Positions 33,801 through 47,500 of a stretch of DNA of 64,000 nucleotides are shown one piece after another (within the stretch, counting starts at the first letter, position 1; each line of letters opens with the position of its first letter). Made by a program: the position numbers and the translations under genes. The DNA is taken from the NCBI GenBank assembly GCA_000934665.2, contig KZ538335.1, positions 1-64,000 of the forward strand, given 5' to 3'. Origin of the DNA: Catajapyx aquilonaris. Taxonomy: Eukaryota. The notes beneath the pieces were generated by a model. That model was not told the DNA's origin. It made no database searches and saw nothing but the letters and a program-made list of their open reading frames with translations.

Positions 33801-35481
33801 TTTTCCGTCTTCTTTGATACGAAAGTGATAAAGCGGGTCTGATGTGATTATGTGATATGTTGGAACATTTTGTGAATCGAGAGGAAAAACCAATTGAAAC
33901 GCCAACATTAGCAACAACACGGCCGAAAATCAAGTCGAATATCGACCTGTGTATTGGCATAATCTGTTGGAAGATCGGGACAAATGTTCGCTTATTTTTA
34001 TCGAGACGTTTGATCTGAAAATATTATTATACCCGCATTTGCCTGGTTTGTGCTCCCCGTGACGCATCGCGAGTGACAGGGGAAACCTTCGAGCGTGACC
34101 TACACGCATTTGCAAATCTGTCATTTTGTACAAAACTGCATAAACTGATTCTGACAGAGAAATTAATAATGCAACAGGTTAAATAGCAGGCTATATTATT
34201 TGCAAAATGAATTAACTCATATCGAAAAATCGCGCAACGTACCCGGTACCAGGAAAATGATCTGCTTATTATGTCCTATTGGTTATTTGTAATAAGTTCA
34301 AATATTGGTCCTCTCCAGCATAATGGGATAGCATCTTAACCAGAGTCTGGTTATATCGCTCTACCAAGCCATTATTAGACGGGTGATAAGCTGTAGTCTG
34401 TATAGCTTTAATCCCCAAGAAGAAATGGCAAAGTTTTATCACATGGTTGCAATTTGCAGCACATGCATTTTGCCTGTCGTTCCCAACTATTAACTATTTT
34501 GGTCCGGATGTGTACATACCATCAATTCCTTTCCAAGTGACCAGATCTCGCTGCCACATAGAAATGCCCCGTACCATTCCGGTACATTTCCGCCTTCCTT
34601 CCATATTTATCCGGGGCATCAAGACCCCCCTCAAAAAATACACGACCTGGGTCCCACCTAGCACCACACGTGCGTCCCAATTCACATATGACTAGTTTGA
34701 ATCACGCGTCACATATATTCTTCACCTCCCCCCCACTAGATCCCACCCACCCTCCCTTATTTTGAAACGACGCAAGCGCACCCCTTAGTATATACCTTTG
34801 ATAGTCACACCTGCCCCCCCTACAGCCCAACACCTGCTAGATCCAAACGATAGGCGACTATTACCTGTTGGATGGCGAGATGGCGTGGGCGGATAGAGTC
34901 GCCCTCGCCGTCTCCTCCATCTCTGGCTCTATCTCTATCCGGCTGTACCCCCTGACTCTCCTTCGGTCACTGCCNGGGGGGGGGCAAACTTTAGTGGGAG
35001 TGGGTGGGAGGAAATTATATTTAAAAAGACGCGGAATCGGCTGTACAACAAGTACCATTCAATATGATATCAGACGATTTTTCTTCTTCTGAAATTTCAC
35101 TTGAAACCACCTTGAATTTCATGAAAAAAAAATCGTCTGATATCACTCTAATAATAACTGACTTGTGAGTTAAAATTCACTATTATAGCTAAAAAATTAA
35201 ATACATTACACTATTCACATATATAATGCCACAACTTTTCTTAAAAAACATAAAAACCATTAAAATTGCCATTTATGAGAATCTTACATGAAATTGCATG
35301 CAATATTCATAGATTAAGCACATATTTCGTTTTTCCTCCCCCCCCCCCATTCCCACCCCCATGGCGGTCTATGAGTCGGCGCAGGCGAATTGCAATCATT
35401 TGATGCAGCGAATGGCGTCGGAAGAAGGAAGGTTGCTATGGGGTGGTCTGCGTTTTTTGACGGGGTGGGTGGGAGGGAGGT

Positions 35482-35515
<34 letters not shown>

Positions 35516-38500
35516 CAAAGATCAACTCCGGCGCACACCTGCTCCTTTGCCCTTCCAACCTCCAACCCCCCCATTTTGGCCCCTCCCCTCCCACCCACCC
35601 CCTCTCCTCCATCACTTGAAATGCATCGTGCCCAAGCAATTTTACTAAACTGGTTCAAAGTACAGGGTGTTGCAGACTCCAAGCCTAGAAGTCCATTTAA
35701 TATGTGCAGTTTTTCTTTCCGTTTGGATCCCAGACGGATTCAGCTGCTTTCCAATTCCTCTTCGTCTTTTCTTCCGGGACACCGAGCAAAGCCTTCCTTT
35801 TCGGTTCCCTCATACTCTTTTTTTTCCGCCGCCCCCCCCCCCCCNCCCCCCCACCAAACCCAAAGACGCTGACCACTGCCTGACTGCTTCCTTCCAGAAA
35901 AAAAACATCTGAATTAGGCCCACCCTTCAATACACATAGCGGCTACTTCTTTTCCTTCCCTGCCTTTTCACGTGCATGCCTGCCCCCTTTGCTTGATCAC
36001 TTTCAGAGTCAGTGTTTCGCCAAGCAGACCGGTCTTGTGTGTGAAAGGAAACCCCCATCAAAGCGGCCGGTAGATGCCTCTGCCCCCAAAGCCACCAGCA
36101 AAGACATCTATCGGCCATACATATGAAATAAAACGACCATCTTACATAATTTTGTCACTATTTCCCTGAAGAAATCCTGGAAGAAAGTGCGGTTTTCGGA
36201 CCTTTCTCGCAATCACGGGGTTTGTCAGCAATGTGGCAAGTTTCAGCACTCTCAGCAGTCTGAAAGTGGGTTAGGTAGCCCGGACATACATACAGACAAA
36301 TTACATTATAATTTCCTAATTATTTCATCTGGATCAGCCGGTAGATGTCTCTGGCATGCATGTACGGGGCTCAAATTGTTTTGGCCACTTTATCCTGGTC
36401 TTGAAGCAACCCTTCTCACAGGCCCCACGGTGAGAAGGTGTGTGTGTGTGTGAAGGATTGCTTCAGACAGGATAAAGGGGCCAAAACAATTTTAGCCCCA
36501 TAGTACACCCACGAGCATAAAGTTGGAGACGGCAGGGTTCTCTTCCAATCTCAGCTAATACGGTATCAAATATTACTGTTACAAATACACGAACACGCGC
36601 CTGAAACAGCTAACTCGGTCCAAAAAGAGTCCATTAATTTGAGTCGGATCAAGAAAGGTCAGAGAAGGCTCGCAGCGTCTCCAACTTTATGCTCGTGGGT
36701 GTACCTCTAGCGGGAATTCCACCGAACTGGTCAGAGCCTTGCACCGCAATCTGGAAGTATCAGGTGGAAATCCATAAGGTGCAGTACTCGAACTTCCCCC
36801 CCCCCCCCTTTTTTCCCCCNNNNNNNNNNNNNNNNNNCCCCCACCCAATTCCCATCTCGTCGGCTCTTATCAAGGGCGCCCAGCCCCGTCTGGACAATGG
36901 CCACCCCCGCCTCCCACCCTCAGGGGGCAAATGGTGACTAGGGGGAGAAAATGTAGGTGGAGAGGGGAGGAGGGGGGGGGGAGGGAGAGCCCGTCGCCAA
37001 GCCAATGGCCAACATGAGCTGGGGGAAACCCGCATTCAAGCAATCTCTCCCACCGACTCTATTTTCCGCCACGACAACCTTTCAATCACGCTCAGATATG
37101 CTCCCGATATATGAACCAGCTAATACTGCCGTCCCAATGTAAAACACCCTAACTGGCAAAAAACTAGCAAGGGTGAAAGTCGCATGCATGCCCTGCACTA
37201 ATCTCCATTGATTAAGTAGGGGGAATTGTGCAGGAAATGCATGCGACTTTCACCCTTACTGGTTTTGCACATTTTGCAGTTAGGGTGTTTTACATTGGGA
37301 CGGCAGAAAAACCGGGCTTCTTGCACTGGCCAGCGTGTAAACGTCCCAAGAAAATGGCAAAAGATATAAAATGCTGGCACGGGCGGTGGCCGACAGTATA
37401 AATAAAAGCTGACAAGCGGAGGTGGAAAATGGAATTTGACTGGGAGTAAAAGAGCGGGAGTTTGGGGAGGAAGAGGGGGGGGGGGAGAGAAGGCNGAAGG
37501 CGTTGGAAATAATAATAGTCCCCTTCGGAGACTATGCACAGCCGTCGCGCTGCTCGACACGCCCAAAAGGCCCCTAAGTGATTGTCGCCCACTCCCACCT
37601 AACGTCCATATTTCTCGCCTAAAATGAGCCTGTCACGCGCCCAACGCTCGCAGCATGGCATGGTCCCCCCCTCTTATACGATAGGACCCCAAAAAAGGGA
37701 CTATAGATCCGACTATAGCCTAGACGGAAAAAAATACCTGTAGGATTACCAAATTCGGATTGAGTCCACAGATGCGTCAGTTGGAACTACCCTTTAAAAA
37801 AAAACGCCCGATTTTTGTAAAGTAAGAGGAAGGGTGACTATAGCACCCATCCGTCCATTTTTCCTAGGCTTCCTTGCCAATAATCTGGGGGAGGGAAAAA
37901 GGGCGCCCTATGCCCCCCCCCTCCTCGACCTTGGGACAGCTGCCGCGCTTGTCCAATTGATAAAAGACTGCAAAATAAAGTGTGCATGGGGACTTGGAAG
38001 GGGAGAGACCAAGAAGGGGACTAAGAAAAAGAAACCCCCAAGAAGGACCCCCACAAACTGTTGCACCTTTTAGTACTTCCCCCCCATGTCTTTTGTGTCA
38101 CCAGAGGGGGGGTTGACCAATGTAATTTTCATGTGTGTAATTATTTTACTTGAGCGGTGTCAAGGAAGTAGGCGGTGGGTTGAGTCAGCCAATGGGAACC
38201 ATCGGTCCCGGATTAACCCTTGTATATGCCACGCTCCGGGCACAGGACCATCAGGGGACAATTCAGCCCACCATTTTAAGAGTTTTTTTTTACAAACCCA
38301 GGGGACCAGCCTCCAACCGCCACAGGGTGTCCCAAATCTGACTTGACTTTTTTTTTTGAGCACCCTATATATATAGTGCAAGAGTTAATGAGCAGAAATA
38401 TTTCACCAGACCCCCGCCTGGACCAAAGAGGTCATTTCTGCCTGAGGAATGGGCAGCATACGGATCCGGGTCTCCACTCCGCCGCAACTAAACATCAAAT

Positions 38501-41500
38501 TATTATATCCGTCACGCCCAGACCACCAATTACTCATTACTACCCGTTACTTTCAGGCACACGTTCCGCACTCATTGCAAACAACCGAAATATCAACGCC
38601 ATTTTTCTTCCTGCTTTTTGCTGAAACAACACCAGAATGTTGCACCGGCACGCTCCAGTTTTTTTTTTCCAATTTTGGTACCTGCGATTTCATAATGAGC
38701 TGCAACCGGTTGGCTAACAGCGTGGGAATAAACACACCCATATGCAATCCAGAGAAAACCCATGAATATTTTCATGTGCAATCTGGCGAATCATCCCGAT
38801 TTGATTCGGTCCGTGGTTAATTTCTCGCGGAAAAATCTGCATAACTAATCTATTCATGAGATAAGAAAAATGTGTTAATAGCTTGACGACTGTCCAGTTT
38901 AGAACCGAAAAAAACGGGTGTCCAAGTCGGAAGCGAAAGGTGGAAAAAAATCTAGAGCCATCTTCCCTCGAGCGGGTCGTATTGGGCTTGCCAAGCTCTC
39001 AGCATCAATCTGGAGACGACCTGCAGGTCAGTCTCTTCTCCCAGCTCCTTTTTTCCCTCCTATTTCCCCACGCAAAGTGCATGTCGGACCCAATGGCCGT
39101 CGCCGCTGCATTCAATAGAACAAAATCAGAACCCTAGTCAATTTACTTACTGTGAAATTCAATTGTGGTCCATCTTCAAAGAAGGGGAGAGAGAGAGAGA
39201 GCGGAGAAAGAATATAAAAAAAGAAGGAGAAGAAGAAGGGAAAGACGAGGCCAAGGCTTTATGCACACTTTTCCACTTGGACTAACCTATACAGAGACGA
39301 ATTCGAGTGTACCAAACGCTGGAGAAAAATAATATTGTGGAGTGTGATTCAAAGGGTTTTTCTACACGCGGTTGAGTGGACCGCCTGAACGACGCACCTT
39401 CATTTTTGGCACCTTTGACACCGTGTCTGCCAGCCTGGTGTGTCAACTTCTCCCCAAATTCTACCGTCCCAATGCCCACCCGAACTCCCAAAACTAATAA
39501 GGGTGAAAGTCGCATGCATGCCCTACACTACGACTCAGTAGGAATTAGTACAGGGCATGCATGCGACTTTCACCCTTATTAGTTTTGGGTGTTTCTCATT
39601 GGGATATATTTTTGGAGCTTAACCGAAGCGTAATTGCTTCTCGGTATACATCATGTGCCTACCTGCTTTTTTTTTACCCCCCTCCCCTTTTTTCTGCCTT
39701 TGGCCTGCCTCCCTTTTGATCAGAGTGCCCCTTCCTCCCTATCTTGCTATCAAATTTTCCCCCTGCCTTATTTTGCCATCAAACGGGGCCTCGTCATCCC
39801 AATGGACCTGCGGCTGCGACTTTCAAAGGCAAAGCGCCCTTTTTCCCCCCCTCCTCCCAGCTCCTCCATCCTCCAGACTCAAACAAGACTACCCACTCCA
39901 ATCCTCTGCTGCCCTCCAGACATCCCTTTCTTTCCTTCTGCCTAGCCAATCTTCTACCTCGCCTACTTCAACCCGGCTTCTATCACTCCCAACAAACTAT
40001 TGGGCAGTGTCATCACCATGGTCGGAGGCTACACCTGGACCACCCCCGATTGGACAGAAGACCAAGGTCATAACCTCCAAGCAGGTGCCCCTCTAGTTTG
40101 TAGACAAGCCTCGCGGATGCTGGAGGAATATCGACTGCATGGCTGCCATTGATTGAAGCCAGTCCGTCATTTGGTCAGATGGCAAGCGTCCCACAGGCCC
40201 TCCCCCACTTTCACATTGTCCGTTCCCATCTGTCCCTCATTAAAATAGAAAGAAGGGTGGGGGGGGGGGGGGGGNNNNNNNNNNNNNNNNNNNNNNNNNN
40301 NNNNNNNNNNNNNNNNNNNNNNNNNNNNNNNNNNNNNNNNNNNNNNNNNNNNNNNNNNNNNNNNNNNNNNNNNNNNNNNNNNNNNNNNNNNNNNNNNNNN
40401 NNNNNNNNNNNNNNNNNNNNNNNNNNNNNNNNNNNNNNNNNNNNNNNNNNNNNNNNNNNNNNNNNNNNNNNNNNNNNNNNNNNNNNNNNNNNNNNNNNNN
40501 NNNNNNNNNNNNNNNNNNNNNNNNNNNNNNNNNNNNNNNNNNNNNNNNNNNNNNNNNNNNNNNNNNNNNNNNNNNNNNNNNNNNNNNNNNNNNNNNNNNN
40601 NNNNNNNCCCCCCCCCCCCCCATATCCTACAGTGAGCTTCAGTCCGTCATACATCAATTTTTTTCTTGGCGACCACTCTACTTTTCTCCAATCGCAATCG
40701 AGATTGGACCAAAAATTGGTATTGCATCACTGGATTCAACCAGTTGGTATTGCACTGGATTTAACCAGTACAAATTGCACTGGATTTAACCAGTAATTGG
40801 TATTGCACTGGATTCAATCAGATGCAGCATGCTGGTTCGGACATGTCCAAATCCGCGATTTACATGGCGCATGTGTCGTCCGTTCTGTCGTCTTATCCCA
40901 TTTTGTGATGGGGACTCATACAATGGAAAAAAAAGCGTCTCTTGATGGAAAAAGCTCGCGTCAGATCCAGGTGGTCTCTGTCAAAATGGCGCTGACGGGG
41001 ACTCCCCCCTTTTCCTCCTATTTCTCCAGCAAAAAATAAATAAATCATGGAATCGAAGAACGTGAACTTCGACGAATCTCTTCATCCAAAACCTTCCGAA
41101 AAAAAGATAGACAATTATACCGTACTACTTATGGATGACTTCCTCCGAAAATATCAGTCCACAAACGTGCCGCATTGTCTTGTTATTAGACAGCGGCGTG
41201 GACCATAAAAAGAGCTGGCCGCTGCCCATTGTAGCTTGCACCCCAAGCAAAACCCAGAGGAAAAATATCGAACCGAAGGGGATGTCCAGCGCACGTGGAG
41301 GATAGACTTGCTCTTTCCTTTTTCCCCTCCCCCATTCTCCTCCTCTCCCCACACAAACCCCTGGCAATCTGGCCAGTGGCCGCCCTGCACAGCCTCCCAT
41401 CAATAAGCCCCAGTCGCCCCTGGCAACCGGCACAAATCACACTCTCCAGATGCAAATCCCTTCCTTGCTTCCCATCCCGGATGACCAGCGGATGGACCAG

Positions 41501-44500
41501 CGGATGGACCAGCGGATGACCAACGGATGACCAACGGATGACCGGACCAATGCACTTCATGAGAACCGGACACCAATCCTCGCCCCCCCCCCCCAAAAAA
41601 AAAAAAAAATACATACAGGTGTGACATCCTGCGACATCCGAGATGGTGAATTGGACCAACGGTTGGCCCTCCCAGAAGAAAAGGTGTTCCCAGCTGGTGC
41701 TAGAGGCACGCGAGCTACCCCCATTGCTTCAAAAAAACCGGTGATAAAAAAGGTGTAGAACCCTGTGGTGGCGAGTGTGTATAGCGGGATGCTGGGGTGA
41801 CGATGTTTCAAAAAAAAAAAAAAAAAGATGGGCCGAAGAAAAGCAAGAAGAGTGGGGTGCGACGGACCAATGGGGTTGCAGCGTCACCCCGATCCCTACC
41901 AATCCCTATGCACATAACGTTTCAAATGCAAATTAAGCTGTGCCTGCTGCTCTCCAGACCGTACCCAATGGGCTGCAGGCGGAAAGTGTGTGTACAGGGT
42001 GAGCCAAAACATGGCTGCAGATCATTTATAACTACTTGTATAATGATACACAGCTAATATGCACGTTCAAACTGTAAAAATACCATTTTTCAAAAAATTA
42101 CTCCTTGTTGATAAAATACGAAATTAATCAGCATGCGCCATGTGTTAAGTCAACAAAAGGTATATCAGTATACCTATTGCATACTACATGCTTTCAAAAT
42201 GAGCAACCCACTGCAAACACAAGGTGAATCAAGAACACCTTAACGAATAACTTTTAATCGAGGCGATGAGGCAATTCGAANTTTACCCCTCCTTCTATAC
42301 CAGAAAAATGTCCTTTGCAGATTTTTTGAGCCCAAGTAAAATATATGCAGCATCAGAGAGGGGGGGAAAAGGTGAAGGATCCCTTGGGAAAAAGAGCTGG
42401 CCCATCATTTTCATGCAACAGAAGGCGACTAAAAAACTGGGGCGCCTTTTTATGTATATCTATATATTCTTCCCTTTGATATCGGCTCCATCAGGGCCTT
42501 CTTTCCGCAAAACAGGTTTCCTGGTTTTTTGGAAGGAGGGGAAAAACCCCGACCCAAAATACAAAATGATGGATTTTCCTCCTTTTTTTTACAAACACAC
42601 ACACACCCTCCCCCCCTTTTTACGAAAAAAGGACGAAAAAGGACACAAAAGGTTCCGCAAGGTGCCCGTGGGAACCACCCAGAAAACTTCCCAAAAAATA
42701 TTCACCTACCTAATAGCTACGCCCCTCAATGGTCTGATGTGTACGCCCCAAATATCCCCAGCTTTTCACACTTCGAGAACCATAAAGTTTTGTTTTTTTT
42801 TCCCTGCAACCTGCTTTCCACTATCATCGTCTTGATAAATTCCTTCTAAGCTTTGAGTCAAAAAGGAAGTGTTTCAGGTGGAATTTGGTAGTAAGGTGGG
42901 GGTATGTTGGTACAATGGATTACAAAAGAAATGGCCGAAGTGGAGTCCGACCTCGTCTTATCTTTCGTAACGCCAAGATAGGATTTTTTATCTACCAAGC
43001 ACTGAGACTCCCTCATACATTAGTATAAGTGGTAAGTTTCGCCGAATTGCGACATGCCGAGTGTATACCGTCGTACCGCTCAAAAACACACCAATATTTT
43101 AACAAATTTATCAGTCATGTTCCGTCGACGAACCTGACTGAAAATTTATTTAAAAAAAATATCACACCCACTGCCTACCATTTATCTACAAATATCTAAT
43201 AAATATTTTAAATGCAGTTTAGTGTATCAACCCGGCAACACCACATAATGTTGACATGCTCGAAAAAATATCCCTGGTTAAACACAGCCCGCTCTATATT
43301 TATCTCCGGCAAATAACATATTAACGCACAATATAGCAATGCAAACATAACTTTGGAGGACAGATAAGAAAAATGGGGGCGCACACGGGTTTTTTTGTGT
43401 CTCGCTTTTTCTTTGTATGTATATGTGTGAAAAATCAAAAATAAGATTACTTACCAAGTAAGTGTAGGAACGGGGACATCATGATGGCGACACTATAAAG
43501 GACTCGCGAAGGAATGTGGCGACGGCACGGATGCAGACCACTGACTGGTTTCAACCCAGGTTTTGCAGCAGCCAATCAAATCGTCATCGTCGCTGGGGAC
43601 TCATTAAAAAAAAGGTCTTTTTTTGACCCCAAGGGGTTGGGCTCCACGAAAAGGGTGGCCCCCTCTCAGAATATAAAAAAATGGTAAAGAGACGAGGGTC
43701 CCCCCTCTACAAAGGAGCCAGAAACGGAGCACGAGGAAAAAGGATGTATCACGTGCCTAACTTTAAAAAAGGTGGACCAATCAGCACCTCACGTTCATGG
43801 TGTGCCGTCCCACTATGAATTTTTTGCATTTTTAAAAAAGATGGCGCCAAGATGTCGTCACTATTTGCATCTACCTTGGTGTCTTATCGGTTCACTATAT
43901 ATAGCGGAGACGCACCTTTCACGACCCGGACCTGGCGAACACTGACTGTGTGTTTTCAGGTGGTGCGTCTCGCCTTGGGAGTCGTATAGGTGGAAAAAGG
44001 AAGGCATTATGGGGAGGAAAAACCAGTTTTGGTGAATGGTCGCCGTTTACGTCCTGGCCCCCCCTCTACGCATAGTGAAAGTGAAAAACGATACTATTAA
44101 GCACGATGTATATCATCTCTGCTGCCTTATGTGTAGGAAGGTATGCCAGAACATGTACAGAGGTATCAACAGGTCGCTGTATGTAAAACTGCATCGCCTC
44201 ATCGAAAATATATCCGCATCAATAAAGCAATGCGAATTGAAATGTATAAAGTACGTCAGGTGCCAAATAAATCGAAGCATAAATTTTCATGACCATGACA
44301 TCAAACTTCCGGTATTAAATCCGTCACTTATAAGCAAAAAAGGAAGGTTGCAGGACGACTTTTGGCGTACTTTATGACACCTATTTGTACTATGATGAGA
44401 AACCAGCAGGCTACATATTACACATTCTCAGGAAAGTGTTTTTCACGACTATTCTCCTCCAAGTCCAGCAGTAATGAGGTATAGAATAAATGCATATTCC

Positions 44501-47500
44501 AACAGGTCGCTTTCGTGTTCAAGCACCATAGTCGCGGATGAAACGATAATTTCCTTCAAGTGTCAGAAATGTTATTCATTACTCGATCCCTTATCTCGCA
44601 AATGGACGTTGAAAATGCCAGGTAACGGAAACCCCCTTTTTGTATATCAGTTCGTGTCAATAATTCTGACATTCTTAATGTGAAAATCCCTTCATTATCG
44701 AAAAGTCATCGTTATGCAGCAGGTATTTCATAGCAATTTGTTCGACATTTTGATCTCACGAGCTTTCTAGCAGCATCCCACCAAAGACTTTGTCATCTAT
44801 CCGGTATGTACAGTAGCTGTAACGGCAAATGACGTTTAACGGAATATGTGGAGTACTTTCAATATATGGTGTGCAGATATACTAATCAACTCAACGCCCT
44901 ATCCATTGCAACTGTTATCAGAAGAAACATATTGCAATACCCGCTAATATTACGCAGCATATCATTTCGTCGCCAGTAGTGCAAATGGTGAAATTACCAT
45001 CACTGCCGGAACTTCAGATAAAGACAATCAGTGTCGCAAGGTCAGTACATAACAAGTGAAGTCTCCAAATATAACCTATATGACTATCACACGCCATCAG
45101 GCCACATATGGCGCGTGCAGCTCCAAAAAAAAATTAGCAAAACCTCCACCCCTTAGCCAATTTAAACCGCAAGAGAAATCATCGCACCAAAACCGAATTC
45201 GGCATAGAAAAAAAAGGTTAGCCATAATAGAAAGGGGGCCGGGCATGCGACAAAAGCAGGACGCGTCGTGCTTCATGCAAGCAGCAGGCCGGGCACGGGG
45301 CGATGCTAAGCGAATTCTGATGATAAGTAGGGCCTGGGATGTATGAAAAGGGTTAGAAAACCAGGGTGTTGAGCAGGAGGGGGGGTTGGCAAGAAGTGTG
45401 ACAGGTGATGATATGAGCTTCCCCACCCAACTGGGGAACCAATGGCGGTCCTTGCATAAGCTCAGCCCTTTTTTCTTTTTTTTGAAGGGGGGGACTTCCC
45501 TTCCCGATATGCATTTCGTTTGCTTGACAAAAAATAGTCAAAAGAAGTTGAAGGCTCGACACCCGTTGGCCCAACCGTCGCCAAGGGGTTAGGTCAGACT
45601 CAGAGGGGGCACCTGGGACCCCATGAATAGCCAATAACGAATCAGCATGGAAGGATAAAGCCTGGAGGTTCCCACGGACCCCTTTTTTGACTCTCAAATG
45701 CTTCTAGATCAGCCAATGCAGAGCAAGCCCAGCCTCTTTGAAGGGGTTAAATATTCAACGGGAACAACATGGCGTCCCGTTTAGCCTATATCTCTACACT
45801 ATATTTTTCAAAGCTTGAATAAACTAAGGTGAAATGATCGTACATGTCAAATTGCCCCCACCAAGATGGCGCCTTTACACGCTTCAGAATCGCGTGTCCA
45901 CATCTCCTTTCTCGCAACCGGCAACAGAACCACCTTTCCAGGAAAAAAAAAAGAAACGACGCCCTTTGTGCCATACCGCCTTGATTCAACCCAACCCATC
46001 CGGGGGAGAAAAAACCAAGAAAAAGTTCCTCCACACCTGAAAAATTCAGTGTTCTTCGCAGCTGCCTGGGTCAAGTGCCAACTTTCACGCATTCGCAGGT
46101 GCTCGGTTACATACTCCTGGAAACGGAATCTCCATAAGGCAAGGTTTTTTTGAGGGCCACCCCCCCCCTCCCCGGAAGGAACTCTATATATGCACAGCTC
46201 GAATCGCGCACACTCCAAAGAAGCTTACCAATGCAAAATAAGGCCCACCCTTTCCATCGAGCCCCGCCTTTTCATCTCGTCTCCATGGATACTCCATCCA
46301 GGTTCATATCCAATGATATGCATCCCACTTCTTCTTCTTCTTCTTTTTTTGGAGGAACGAAACATCCTTCAGAATTTTTACTCCGTTCAATATGGATGGT
46401 CCACCCCCACACATTCATGGGCTGGAGGGATCCACTCTAGCCCAAATTATCCATTAGGATCGATTTTTTTTTTGGGGAAGGAAAGAATGGCATGTTTTTC
46501 TTCCCTCTTTTCTGCTCAAAAGCTGTTTGCAGGAGATAAGTTCTTTTTGTGCTCCACGATGGAGCGTCCAGAGAAAAGTTCATCGGTGATGTTGGGCCAT
46601 CAGCAGGAATAAATTAAGTGCCCCCAAACTTTTTTGGGGGGGCTGATTGCATGCCATTTTGGCTGATTCAGTGATATTTGTATGCAAATTTTCACATGCC
46701 ACTCCCTTGAAAAACATGGCTCCCTATATAACCAGCCTATGGACTGGCCAATGAAGGCAGCATCTTCTTGCTGCTGGCTTTGCTGCTGCAAGATATTGAG
46801 CGGCGACCACTCAACTGCGCATCCAGCACCAGCCTCCGTTTTATTACAACCCCACCCAACTTACCCCCACCTTCTTCACCCCCCTCCTAAGTTTGCCAAA
46901 AGGACCCCCAGCTTGTGCTGGTGTAAATAACACCAGCAGGGCTTGCAATTGGTTCATGAGCATTATCTCACATTATTTATACGACCGATGATTAGCAAAA
47001 TGAGCTGTCAAGTTCACCTTGGGAATTTCAGAAGGTCAGCGGGGCAATATAATATTTCTCTGCTGTTTCCTATATGTAAGTGCTATTATCCAGGGTGTTT
47101 TTCTTCCGGCAAATTATTTCATTGCGGCCAGTACCAATTTTTACGTAATCTCACAACCGGTTTCAAGTACACCGTTCCTTCTATAGCGCAGGTAATGTGT
47201 ATACAATTCACACAAAATTTGCACCTTTAAAAAATCCCTCCAAATTGCAGACTTTGGGACACCCTGTGGCTACACTGAAAAAGTCTGCCAATCAGCTAGA
47301 GTCGGGGGGGTCAAAAGTTTGCCAATTGCAGCCAGCCGGCCATGTCTTCGCTGATATACTGTCTCTTTATAGACAATTGTGCAGGGTAACTCACGCCCCA
47401 AGTTCCCCATAAAATACTCGCTTTATCGGTGACCAAAACTGTTAATGATTCCAACCGTCACAAAATGGAAAAAAAAGGGGGGGCCAACACACTCCGATCA

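Noticed and set aside
40149..40796. ORFs spanning the N gap
   Set aside because: Artefacts of undetermined bases.
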